NCBI GenBank assembly: GCA_002269645.1
Contig: NIVC01000211.1
Location: 62,001 to 126,000 of the forward strand
Reading direction: 5' to 3'
Length of the DNA stretch: 64,000 bases
From: Macrostomum lignano
Lineage: Eukaryota
The notes under the pieces are model-generated. The model was not told the DNA's origin. It was given only the letters and a program-made list of their open reading frames with translations, and did not search any database. Made by a program: the position numbers and the translations under genes. This document shows, piece after piece, positions 10,672 to 22,189 of this stretch; positions within the stretch are counted from its first letter, which is position 1; the number at the start of each line of letters is the position of its first letter.

Positions 10672-13600
10672 ATGGCAGGCATGGAAGCTGAAATAGTCAA
10701 AGATGAAACTGGTCAAGAACTAGTCAAACTTGTCATTGTTGACGAGACCAATCAAGGCCAGCCATCTTATGCTTATGTCACGCCTCAAGATGCCCAGAGA
10801 ATTCTATCTGGCGAAGCCACCTTGCAAATTGATGAGGAAGGCAATGCTGTTATTGTGGCTACAGAACAGCAGCAGGCTGGTGATGTGGAGACCACTGCTC
10901 AGAGTGAGCAGCAGCAAGTGAGTTCGAATTATTGTATTGAGAAAACTAAAATTGTGTTTAATTATATATATGCAGTGTACTGAGTTTTGCTAAATGATAA
11001 TGTCCAAGTCTCAGAATTTAAATGCCTGGTCGCTGTACTACTCCAATGCGCTCTCTATCAACCCCTGCCCCCAATGTGCACTCTATCAACCCCTACCCCC
11101 AATGTGCACTTATCTATCAACCCCTACCCCCAATGTGCACTCGATCAACCCCTACCCACAATGTGCACTTATCTATCAACCCCTACCCCCAATGTGCACT
11201 CTGAACCCCTACCCCAATGTGCACTCTGAACCCCTACCCCCAATGTGCACTCGATAAACCCCTTCCCACAATGTGCACTTATCTATCAACCCCTACCCCC
11301 AATGTGCACTCTATCAACCCCTACCCCCAATGTGCACTCGATCAACCCCTACCCACAATGTGCACTTATCTATCAACCCCTACCCACAATGTGCACTTAT
11401 CTATCAACCCATACCCACAATGTGCACTTATCTATCAAACCCTACCCCCAATGTGCACTTATCTATCAACCCCTACCCACAATGTGCACTTATCTATCAA
11501 CCCCTACCCACAATGTGCACTCTATCAACCCCTACCCCCAATGTGCACTCTATCAACCCCTACCGCCAATTCGCACTCTATCAACCCCTACCCCCAAAGT
11601 GATCTCTATCAACCCATTGATCAACCCCTACCCCCAATGTACACTCGATCAACCCTTACCCAGTGTACACTCTTACAATCTAATTTTTTGTTTTAAAAGG
11701 CTGAGTCTGCCGAAACGAAGCCAGCGGGCTCTGCTGTTGCGTCCCAGCAGCAGCAACAGCAACAGCAAGAATCCGCAGGCGGCGAAGGTGATGAAGAACA
11801 ATTGATCATCACGGAGGAACCTGGCAAAAATGGCGGCCCGCCAACCGTAATCCTCAGCGATTCCCATGGCAACGTGATCACTCGCAAGGAGGTTACAAAT
11901 CCTGATGAGCCAGTTATGCTAGACTATGGCATTCACAAGATCCAATACGTAATGCAGTCAGCTCACGCTGCTGCCACAGCCGCGGCCGCATCTGCTGCTG
12001 CAGCCACTCCCGGTTCGTCATCAAGTGGTAAACTCGCGGCTTCCTCTACTGCGGCTGCTCAGCCACAACAGGCCGCCACAGTGCCCAGTGGCTTATCGAA
12101 AACTTCCGCGGCTAATGTCACCGCTCAGTTCAGGAGCACCTATCTGCAGCAGGAGCATCTGGATGCGCTGAAGGACGCTGTGGCGTTCCTGTTGAAGGGT
12201 TTGAAGGTAATGACTGTTTCTGTACCCTCGCATGAGTCAGTGACTGTTTCTGTACCCTCCCATGAGTCAGTGACTGTTTCTGTACCCTCCCATGAGTCAG
12301 TGACTGTTTCTGTACCCTCCCATGAGTCAGTGACTGTTTCTGTACCCTCCCATGAGTCAGTGACTGTGTTTCTGTACCCTCCCATGAGTCAGTGACTGTT
12401 TCCGTACCCTCCCATGAGTCAGTGACTGTTTCTGTACCCTCCCATGAGTCAGTGACTGTTTCTGTACCCTCCCATGAGTCAGTGACTGTGTTTCTGTACC
12501 CTCCCATGAGTCTGTGACTGTTTCTGTACCCTCCCATGATTCAGTGACTGTTTCTGTACCCTCCCATGAGTCAGTGACTGTTTCTGTACCCTCCCATGAG
12601 TCAGTGACTGCTTCTGTACCCTCCCATGAGTCAGTGACTGTTTCTGTACCCTCCCATGAGTCAGTGACTGCGTTGCTATACCCTCCGTGCATCAATACTT
12701 TGTTGATCCCAGATCCCGTGTCTTCCTTGTTCAATACGCTAACCCCAAGCCAATGAACACACTCAGGACCGAGTATTCTACCCCGAGCCCTATCACAAGC
12801 GCTTAGGCAGCTACCAAGCCTACCAAGAGATGGTCAGACTGCAGAGCATCAGCCCAGAGACCGCCACCGAGTCACAACTGGCGCTGCTGCGTCGTCACTC
12901 GATGCTATTCCGACCAAGCGGTCCCAACAGCCGGCCGCTGACTCTCTACGAGCTGTCAGTCAACGAAGCCGCCGCTCAGATCTGCGCCGCTCATCCTGCT
13001 CTACTGTTTCATCGACGGGATTTGGTCAGCTACGCTAGGCAGGCTGTGAAGTACACTGGCATTGATTTTCCAGTGTCTTCACCTGGGCCATCCATTGGAA
13101 CTGTGAGTGGCTTGGTTGCTTAGATTGGCCTGCTCAAAAGTCAGATGATTTCAATCTTCCGAAATCCTCCCAGATCCCCAGTTGCTGGGCCACAGCCTCC
13201 CAGATCCTCAGTTGCTGGGCCAGCCTCCCAGATCCTCAGTTGCTGGGCCAGCCTCCCAGATCCCCAGTTGCTGGGCCAGCCTCCCAGATGTCAGTTGCTG
13301 GGCCAGCCTCCCATATCCTCATTTGCTGAGCCAGCCTCCCAGATTATCAGTTGCTGGGCCAGCCTCCCAGATCCTCAGTTTCTGGGCCAGCCTCCCAGAT
13401 CCCCAGTTGCTGGGCCAGCCTCCCAGATCCTCAGTTTCTGGGCCAGCCTCCCAGATCCCCAGTTGCTGGGCCAGCCTCCCAGAGTGTCAGTTGCTGGGCC
13501 AGCCTTCCAGATCCCCAGTTGCTGGGCCAGCCTCCCAGATCCTCAGTTGCTGGGCCTGCCTCCCAGATCCTCAGTTGCTGGGCCAGCCTCCCAGAGTGTC

Positions 13601-16600
13601 AGTTGCTGGGCCAGCCTTAAGCCAACTTGGATCCCACTAAGGTGATTCCTCCCCACCCGCAGGCCGGCATGCAGGCCATGGGCCACCGAGCTGCCTCAGC
13701 CTCCTCATACCAGAAGTCCGCACCAGCCGCAGCCTCCAGCCTTGCCGGTCGGTCATCTGTCGCCGGCAGCAGCCGACTAAACGAAGAGGAGCAGGCCCTG
13801 ATCCGCCAGACTGTGCAAGCAATGCTCAGCGAAGTGGCCTCCGTGCGCAACAAAGACCGCTACTCTTGTTCCGCTATCGAGCGCTATCTCTACGACGATA
13901 CTCGCCGACTACAAGAGTTGAAGCAAGCCGGCCAGTTGGACAAGAATCTGGCTTTCCTGCGTCAGCTGGCCGTTATACACGGCCGGTTCACCCTGGGCCA
14001 CATCAACCCGCAGGCCGTGCTGACTCCATTCGAAGCCGCTTGCAACGAAGCCGCCGTCTGGTTTGCCTACGAGAATCCAGCCGTGCTAACGCACCGAAAG
14101 CTGCTCATTGAACTGTGCAAACGCGCTGTGAGATCAACTGGCAGGTATTTCCCACCGACTGGCGGCATGCCCAGCGATCCAGCTGGCGGTGCAGCCGCTC
14201 AGAACCTGACCATCACCTCGCGCGAGAATTCCTTTCACATATCGTTTCAACCGAACAAGCCGGAGCCCGAGTTCACCTCCACTGAGTCTGTCGTGCTTGA
14301 AGATGGCGCTGAAGATGACAGGCTCCCAGCTGAGGTCAACGAAGAGGCTTGGGCTGTAATCACCGGGGATCAGGATACCGAGGCTGAAGCTCAGGTGAGG
14401 AAGTTTTTCCGGGTTTGTCTAGAAGAGTAACCATGAGCTTTAGAATCCCAAATTTTCAGAATGGGTGTTTTAGAATCCCAGATCCCTAGAACTGGTGTTT
14501 TAGAATCCCAGATCCTCACAATGGGAGTTTTAAAATCCCAAATCCCCGCAATGGGTTTTAGAATCCCAGCTCTTCACTATGAAGTTTTAAATTCCCAGAA
14601 GATCGTCAGAATGGGTGTTTCAGTATCCTAGATTTCAAGAATACGAGTTTTAGAATCCCAGATCCCAAGAATGGATATTTCAGAATCCCAGATCCCAAGA
14701 ATGGATATTTCAGAATCCCAGATCCCAAGAATGGGTATTTCAGAATCCCAGATCCCAAGAATAAGTATTTCAGAATCCCAGATCCCAAGAATGGGTATTT
14801 CAGAATCCCAGATCCCAAGAATGGGAGTTTTAGAATCCCAGATCCCAAGAATGGGTTTTTCAGAATCCCAGATCCCAAGAATGGGTATTTCAGAATCCAA
14901 GATACCAAGAATGGGAGTCTTAGAATCCAAGATCCCAAGAATGGGAGTTTTAGAATCCAAGATACCAAGAATGGAAGTTTTAGAATCCCAGATTTCAAGA
15001 ATAAGAGTTTTAGAATCCCAGATCTCAAGAATGGGAGTTTTAGAATCCCAAATCCTCACTATGTTAGTTTTAAACACCGAAATCCTTAAACATAAATTTG
15101 AAATTTATACTGATTTTGTTTTCCACACAGGGCCGGACCCTGCGCATGACCTGCACCATAGAGGAGAACTGCCTCACCGATACCCAAATTCTCGTCGCCT
15201 CCGGCGCTCACGACATTCGTCACGTGACCTCGCTAAATCTGAGCGGCCTCGGCTTGACCTCAATTAACCCCGTTCACCTGTCCAAATGCGCTTTTCTACG
15301 TCAGCTAGATCTGAGCGAGAATGCGCTGCAGTTCTTGCCCAGGTGTCTGTATCTGCCCCGACTGACTGTGCTGGACATTTCTGGCAATAATTTTCAGCAT
15401 GCACCTCTGGTGGAGCAGTTTCCTCTTCTAGAGGAGCTCAAGGTGAGTGATCTGCATGTAGATTCTCTAGTCCAGCTCTCATTGAGATTCCAGCGTCTCT
15501 AGTCCAGCTCTCATTGTGAGATTCCAGCGTCTCTAGTCCAGATCTCATTGTGAGATTCCAGCGTCTCTAGTCCAGCTCTCATTGAGATTCCAGCGTCTCT
15601 AGTCCAGCTCTCATTGTGAGATTCCAGCGTCTCTAGTCCAGCTCTCATTGTGAGATTCCAGCGTCTCTAGTCCAGCTCTCATTGTGAGATTCCAGCGCGT
15701 CTCTAGTCCAGCTCTCATTGTGAGATTCCAGCGTCTCTAGTCCAGCTCTCATTGTGAGATTCCAGCGCGTCTCTAGTCCAGATCTCATTGTGAGATTCCA
15801 GCGTCTCTAGTCCAGATCTCATTGTGAGATTCCAGCGTCTCTAGTCCAGCTCTCATTGTGAGATTCCAGCGTCTCTAGTCCAGATCTCATTGTGAGATTC
15901 CAGCGTCTCTAGTCCAGATCTCATTGTGAGATTCCAGCATCTCTAGTCAAGATCTCATATTAAGATTTTGATGTCTCTAATCCAGATCTCATACTGGAAT
16001 TCCAGTGTCTCCAATCCAGATCTCATAGTGGGATTTCAGTGCCCCTTTTCAGCTCCCATTTTGAGATTCCAGTGTCTCCAATACAGATCTCATAGTGAAA
16101 TTCCAGTGTCTCCAACCCAGATCTCAGTGAGATTCCAGATCTCATAGTGAGATTACAGATCTCATAGTGAGATTGCAGATCTCATAGTGAGATTACAGAT
16201 CTCATAGTGAGATACCAGAGTTTCCAATCCAGATCTCATAGTGAGATTCCAGTGTCTCCAACCCAGATCTCATAGTAAGATTCCAGATCTCATAGTAAGA
16301 TTCCAGATCTCATAATGAGATTCCATACCTATAATGTTTCCCAATCGTCTCTATCCAGGTCGACGACAGCGTGCTGTGCAGCGACCTCACTCTGTCCTAC
16401 TTCAACCCGCGCCTTCGCACCCTGAACGGCCGGCCATTCAACCCATCCGGCCGCCTCACCGACTCCATGCTGAACGCTCTGCAAAGATCACGTGACGCCA
16501 TCGTGAAGCAGATCGGCTACAAGTGGAACGTGGACTACGCCGAGCACTACAAGAAAGGCGTACCGGAGCGCGACGCAAATAAAGTGATTGAAAGCTTCGT

Positions 16601-19600
16601 GTTGGCTTTGAAGTCTCGCCCGTTGCCGCTGGAAGAGCCTTGGTCCCAGTTGAAAGATGTACTCATCAGGCGCTATGTTGGCGACATGCTCAACAGTAAA
16701 CTGATTCTTGACAAGTCAATCCCGGCCGAAGTTCGCGATATTGAAGATGGCGAAGGCGAGTCTTCTATTGATCCTCAGGAAGCCAACCGAGCCGTGCTAG
16801 AGCGAGCTGTCCGTCGGGGTATGGCAGTTGTGTACACCGTTGTCAAGTCTCAGGGCGTTGTTGGCAAGCCTACTGCCGACTTCCTGCCAAGCGAAATCTC
16901 ATTGAGAGGCGCTGCTGCCGCCGCCGCAGCAGCCGCCGCAGCGGAGCGCAAGCGTGCTAGGCCGGGTCAGGACGACTGGGAGTCCGTGGGGGTGCGCACT
17001 CGACCGACTAATAAACGGAAACGCTACACCGAACTTGGCGTCTTCTCTGAGGAGGAGTATCGAACTTTGAAGACTATCGAAGAGGAGAAGGAGAATCAGA
17101 GGCGCGAGATGACTGTACAGCAGCGTGAGTTGTGCATGTTGTAGCTTTTATTTTATAGCCTTCGTTTCTTAGAAACTGTCTTTAGGTCTTGGTTGGTTTG
17201 TTTCTAAGAATCTGTCTCCTTTACTGTACAGGTTTATTTCGAAGAAACTCCTCTTTTTCGGTTAGTTTCTAAGAATCTGTCTAATAGTCTGGTTTGTTTC
17301 TAAGAATCTGTCTAGTAGTCTTTGGTTTGTTTCAAAGAATCTGTCTAATAGTCTGGTTTGTTTCTAAGAATCTGTCTAATAGTCTGGTTTGTTTCTAAGA
17401 ATCTGTCTAATAGTCTTTGGTTTGTTTCTAAGAATATGTTCAATAGTCTTTGGTTTGTTTCTAAGAATATGTCTAATAGTCTGGTTTGTTTCTAAGAATC
17501 TGTCTAATAGTCTGGTTTGTTTCAAAGAATCTGTCTAATAGTCTGGTTTGTTTCTAAGAATCTGTCTAATAGTCTTTGGTTTGTTTCTAAGAATATGTCT
17601 AATAGTCTTTGGTTTGTTTCTAAGAATATGTCTAATAGTCTGGTTTGTTTCTAAGAATATGTCTAATAGTCTTTGGTTTGTTTCTAAGAATATGTCTAAT
17701 AGTCTTTGGTTTGTTTCTAAGAATATGTCTAATAGTCTTTGGTTTGTTTCAAAGAATCTGTCTAATAGTCTGGTTTGTTTCTAAGAATCTGTCTAATAGT
17801 CTGGTTTGTTTCTAAGAATCTGTCTAATAGTCTTTAGTTTGTTTCTAAGAATCTGTCTAATAGTCTTTGGTTTGTTTCTAAGAATCTGTCTAATAGTCTT
17901 TAGTTTGTTTCTAAGAATCTGTCTAATAGTCTTTGGTTTGTTTCTAAGAATCTGTCTAATAGTCTTTGGTTTGTTTCTAAGAATCCTTCACTGTACAGGT
18001 TTATTTCTAATAAACTCCTATTTTTCGGTTAGTTTCTTAGAAACTGTCTTTAGGTCGAGGTGGGCTTGTTTCTAAGAATATGTCTCCTTTACTGTACAGG
18101 TTTATTTCTAAGAAACTCTTATTTTTCAGTTATTTCTTAGAAACCGTCTTTAGGCCTTGGCTGGTTTGTTTCCAAGAAGCAGTCCTAGTCTTGATTGTTT
18201 TGTTTCTAAGAACCTGTCTCAGTCTTCGTTTATTTCCAAGAAACAATTGTCTAACATTTTTTATTTTATTTCTAACAAACAACTCATTGCAGGTATGTTT
18301 CTAAGAAACATTCTGCTTTGCTGGTTTTATTTCTTAGAAACGTTTTTGGAGTCTTCATTGATTTTTTCTAATAATCTCTCCTAGTCTTGGTTTATTTCGA
18401 AAAATCACTTTCAGTCTGTTGCTTTGTTTCTAAGAATCTGTTTCCAAGTCTGTTAGTGTAGATTTGCGTTCAACTACAATGCCTCCCAACCCTGCCACAC
18501 AGGCCTTCAATACCAGGAGATCAAGACCAAGTCCAGCTATACCGAACCGGCCTCGGTTCCAGCGCTGCCGCAGTCTCTCACGGCGTCGGCTGCAGGCGCC
18601 ACAGCTGCCAGCGCCTCCGGTCGCGCCCGGGTCAGCTTCCACGAAGAGCCGATGGACGAGTCTGTAGGCGGTAATCTGTCCGACTCGGATATCAACTTGG
18701 CCGGTTCGTCCAGCGGCGCCGTTGCCATCAGCGGCGGTGCCGGAGTGTCCGGTGGCGGCAACGAACTCCGACCCATCGTCACGGCCTACACCCGGTCACT
18801 GCGCGATGTCAGCGATAAATATCGCTACCAACCGGTGCACTTTATCCGCTGCCATTCCAAGGATAATAATCCTATGGATGCCGAGACCAAAGTCTGGCGT
18901 TGCGCATTCGAACCGGCCATCGGTTCCAGCGGAGAAGCCATGCCGGACGGGACAACTACTATTGTGGCCACCTGCGGCGGGGACAGCGTCTGTCTAATTG
19001 ACTGCGACACTGGCAAAGTGGTGAAACGGTTCAAGCATTTGAGCGAGGAGTTCTATTGTCTGGCTTGGACCGTTATCCCCATTGAGGATAAGCCGACTAA
19101 GATTCTGGGTGAGTTGCTATGGGAATTTGTGTTTTTTATAACGCTTTTGGTGGGATTCTAACTCGTGGTGGGGGAGTTCGGGATTTCTAATTAGTGTGGG
19201 AGATTTTAAGGGGATTCTATGTAGTATGGGGATTTTTAGGGATTAGAATTCGTGTGGAGAATTTTGAGGGGATACTAATTAGTGTGGGATTATTATGGGG
19301 TTATAATTAGTATAGGATTCTAATTAGCGTGTGATAAATATGAAATTCTAATTAGTGTGAGATTTAGGGATTCTAATTAGTGTGGGATTATTATGAGATT
19401 CTAATTAGTGTGGGATTATTATGAGATTCTAATTAGCGTGGGATTATTATAGGATTATTATGGAATTCTAATTAGTGTGGGATTATTATGGAATTCTAAT
19501 TAGTGTGGGATTATTTAAGGATTGTAATTAGTGTGAGGACTTTCGGGGATTTCTAATAGGATTTTTATCTGAAGATTTATAGCATACGTATATGAGGATG

Positions 19601-21408
19601 CTTTCAGCAATCTTTAAAACTCCCCTTTGTTTTTATCCCATTCCCAACTATGATTTTCCCAACCAACCCCATTCGCAGCCGCCGCTGGCCGACTCCGCAT
19701 GATCCGGCTGCTGTACCCCGACCAGATGGTCTGCTACAGCGAGATGCAGGGCCACCGGGACGAGATCGCCTGTCTGGCCTTCCACCCCAACCAGCCCACC
19801 GTGCTGTTCTCAGGCGACAGCAAAGCCGCCATCCTGGTCTGGGATATCGGCATCCCCATGCCGCCGGACTTCCAGGCCAGCTACACCCTGCTGGCTAAGC
19901 TGCGCTGTCCCCGTCCGGATGTGAATCCCGTGCTCAATCTGGTGTTCATGCCGACTCTGGACTGCCTCATTGCCGGCTGCGAAGATGGCATCTTCGTCTG
20001 GAAGATGGCCAGCGTGATGTCTGACAACAGCAAGGCGCTGCCTGAGCGGGAACCAGACGCTGAGATCAAAGTGCCAACTAATAAAGAGCCCTGCTTTGAC
20101 GGCCTGTGCCTGCTGAATGACACAGTTCTAGTGAGCAAATGCGTTGAAGAGGGCCGACTGGTGATCTTCGACCTGTACTCTGTGTATGCCAAGATGACCG
20201 GCCATTTCAAGACCATCTTTGTCGACATTCTCGGCTCGGTTCGGTGGAAAACTACTGACGAGATTTATATCAACTGCTCGGCCAGGCCCGGTGTCCAGGC
20301 CGTCACCTGCGGCGACAATGAGGGCAACATCTGGATTTACGATTTTAGCCGGATTAACTGGGCCGGCGTAAGCCGCAAGAACAAGTTCCGCATGGAGGCT
20401 TCCAAGATTCTGCCCTGGCCGCAGTGCTCCGTTGGAGGCGACGGCAGGATGCCTGAGGTGAGCTGGTTTATTCTATTATAATCTAATAAGCCTCCCAGAT
20501 CCTCAGTTGCTGGGCTGCCAGCCTCCCAGATCCTCAGTTGCTGGGCCAGCCTCCCAGATCCTCAGTTTCTGGGCCAGCCTTCCAGATCCTCAGTTGCTGG
20601 GCCAGCCTCCCAGATCCCCAGTTGCTGGGCTGCCAGCCTCCCAGATCCTCAGTTGCTGGGCCAGCCTCCCAGATCCTCAGTTTCTGGGCCAGCCTCTCAG
20701 TCTCAGATCCTCAGTTGCTGGGCCAGCCTCCCAGATCCTCAGTTGCTGGGCTGCCAGCCTCCCAGATCCTCAGTTGCTGGGCTGCCAGCCTCCCAGATCC
20801 TCAGTTGCTGGGCCAGCCTCCCAGATCCTCAGTTTCTGGGCCAGCCTTCCAGATCCTCAGTTGCTGGGCCAGCCTTCCAGATCCCCAGTTGCTGGGCCAG
20901 CCTCCCAGATCCCCAGTTGCTGGGCCAGCCTTCCAGACCCCCAGTTGCTGGGCCAGCCTCCCAGATCCTCAGTTGCTGGGCCAGCCTTCCAGATCCCCAG
21001 TTGCTGGGCCAGCCTCCCAGATCCCCAGTTGCTGGGCCAGCCTCCCAGATCCTAGATCCAGCCACATCGGCAGCTCCCCCCAACCCGCTCGCTACCCAGG
21101 AGAGCTCGGCAGGCAGCCGGGAGCACAGCCCAGTTGTGAACACCACAGACGCCAGCGGCGATGGCCAGTTCATCTGCGCAGTCACGGACAACAATCTGGT
21201 GTGCATCTGGAAGGCGTCAGCAGCGGAACCTGGCGCCGCTGGTCAGGGCGAGCTGGACCAGTCCGGCACCTCCACTGCCGTGGCTGCAGCCAGCAGCAGC
21301 GTCCAGCTGGCCTCCTCTGGCCAGCATGAGGTGGCGGACTTGGACGCTGAGCCGCGGTCTCGGGCGGCTGGCAGCGGCGGAGTCGGCCGGCCCAAGCGAT
21401 CCACTTAG
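10672..21408 (+). CDS. LRWD1: LRWD1/ORCA orthologue with an N-terminal extension carrying two NAB-type NCD2 domains; 9 exons, ~1530 aa
   Basis: Exons 10672-10917, 11700-12206, 12767-13102, 13663-14394, 15131-15442, 16359-17124, 18503-19108, 19679-20457, 21100-21408. All introns are GT-AG with compatible phases (0,0,0,0,0,1,1,0); total 4593 nt. LRWD1 signatures: HFIRCHSKDNNPMDAETKVWRCAFEP, VATCGGDSVCLIDC, EEFYCLAWT, CAVTDNNLVCIWK, plus an N-terminal LRR. Basic NLS-like stretches ERKRARP and RPTNKRKR lie in the linker. Confidence 0.85.
11050..11665. repeat. Intron 1 minisatellite, ~30-34 bp (CAATGTGCACTTATCTATCAACCCCTACCCC)
   Basis: About 19 tandem variants. Confidence 0.95.
12145..13065 (+). 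other. NCD2-like domain 1 (end of exon 2 plus exon 3)
   Basis: LRRHSMLF…LTLYELSVNEAAAQICAAHPALLFHRRDLVSYARQAV aligns by eye with the NAB NCD2 core (IRKYSAIY…LTLHELTVNEAAAQLC…ALLTRRDELFALARQ). Confidence 0.85.
12208..12680. repeat. Intron 2 minisatellite, 30 bp (GTGACTGTTTCTGTACCCTCCCATGAGTCA)
   Basis: Near-identical tandem copies starting right after the donor site. Confidence 0.97.
13168..13617. repeat. Intron 3 minisatellite, 28 bp (CAGTTGCTGGGCCAGCCTCCCAGATCCT)
   Basis: Tandem copies. The same monomer occurs at 20490-21052 and 24365-24540. Confidence 0.97.
13777..14145 (+). other. NCD2-like domain 2 (exon 4)
   Basis: LRQLAVIHGRF…LTPFEAACNEAAVWFAYENPAVLTHRKLLIELCKRAV retains the I-x-GRF, LT-x-x-E, NEAA and L-T-x-R motifs of NCD2. 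Confidence 0.75.
14437..15075. repeat. Intron 4 minisatellite, 30 bp (AGAATCCCAGATCCCAAGAATGGGTATTTC)
   Basis: About 20 tandem copies, degenerate at the edges. Confidence 0.95.
15131..15442 (+). CDS. LRWD1: Exon 5: leucine-rich repeats of LRWD1
   Basis: TSLNLSGLGL…LRQLDLSENAL…LTVLDISGNNF…QFPLLEELK show the LxxLxLSxNxL pattern. Confidence 0.88.
15462..16330. repeat. Intron 5 minisatellite, 34 bp (CTCTAGTCCAGCTCTCATTGTGAGATTCCAGCGT), grading into shorter AGATCTCATAGTGAGATT units
   Basis: Homogeneous 5' part, degenerate 3' part. Confidence 0.95.
17255..17985. repeat. Intron 6 minisatellite, 31-33 bp (GTTTGTTTCTAAGAATCTGTCTAATAGTCTG)
   Basis: About 20 tandem copies, most containing TTCTAAGAA. 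Confidence 0.95.
18503..21408 (+). CDS. LRWD1: Exons 7-9: WD40 propeller of LRWD1
   Basis: GHRDEIACLAFHP…ILVWD, GDNEGNIWIYD, NNLVCIWK. Splice phases match across 19108/19679 and 20457/21100. Confidence 0.9.
19165..19560. repeat. Intron 7 degenerate minisatellite (CTAATTAGTGTGGGATTATTATG…)
   Basis: Recurring CTAATTAG core at roughly 28-30 bp spacing. Confidence 0.8.
20490..21052. repeat. Intron 8 minisatellite, 28 bp; same monomer as intron 3
   Basis: CAGTTGCTGGGCCAGCCTCCCAGATCCT tandem copies, with a GCT(G) insertion variant. Confidence 0.97.
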
Positions 21409-21486
21409 CTGTCCATCAGGCACGGGTTTCATGCACCCAATTGAAACAGAACTCTCTTTTAAACTTGTAAATAATCTTATTTAAAC

Positions 21487-21492
21487 AATAAA
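21487..21492 (+). terminator. Polyadenylation signal AATAAA of the LRWD1 gene
   Basis: AATAAA 79 nt after the stop codon. Confidence 0.55.
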
Positions 21493-22189
21493 AACTACAG
21501 TAATATCTCTGTCGGCCTACTAACAATGTAGCAAGTAAAAATAGTTAGTAGCATGATGAGGGTTGTAATGTTATGTTATATATAATAATTGCGTCATTTA
21601 AATATTTGTTACTTATCCCATCATTGTGCAAAACTATATTCTTTTAATTTTTGTTGTTTTTTGTGTGGCATAAAATGGCAGCTGCTGAAAAAAAACATTT
21701 ACGCCCCCGTAATGTTTACACTCGCACTACTTTGCATTAGTAGTATCACGAATGCGTTTCTACTATATGTTACTAATTAGTAGTCTGATATCTAATCATG
21801 GTAAGTAATATTGTTGTAAAATTCTTGTCTACGAGACGCGTTAAAAATTCAAATTTGTGCAACGTAACTTATAAATTTTTGGTTGATGTCTTGTAATTAT
21901 TATTAATAGCTGTCTGGTTGGTTAATCTTGAAATAAATTATTAATTAAATAAATACAAACATTCATATTCTACTACTGTCGGCTTGGCAACCATTTGTAC
22001 TTTTATTATCTATTTTTGGCCTGAAAAGATGATTTAATTAAATCTTCTCTGCAAACTGTTTTATTAGCAGTTATGATAATTATAATAATTAGTTTTTAAT
22101 TAAAACATTAGCTAATTAGTATTAGTTGATCATGGGGTGAAAATCATTTTAACAATCATTCAACAATACAACAATCATTTTGACATAAT

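Noticed and set aside
10987-15077. Repetitive ORFs (PQCAL, VSVPSHES, GQPPRS, ESQIPRM) as coding sequence
   Set aside because: They lie between well-defined GT and AG sites and are open only because the monomers lack stops.
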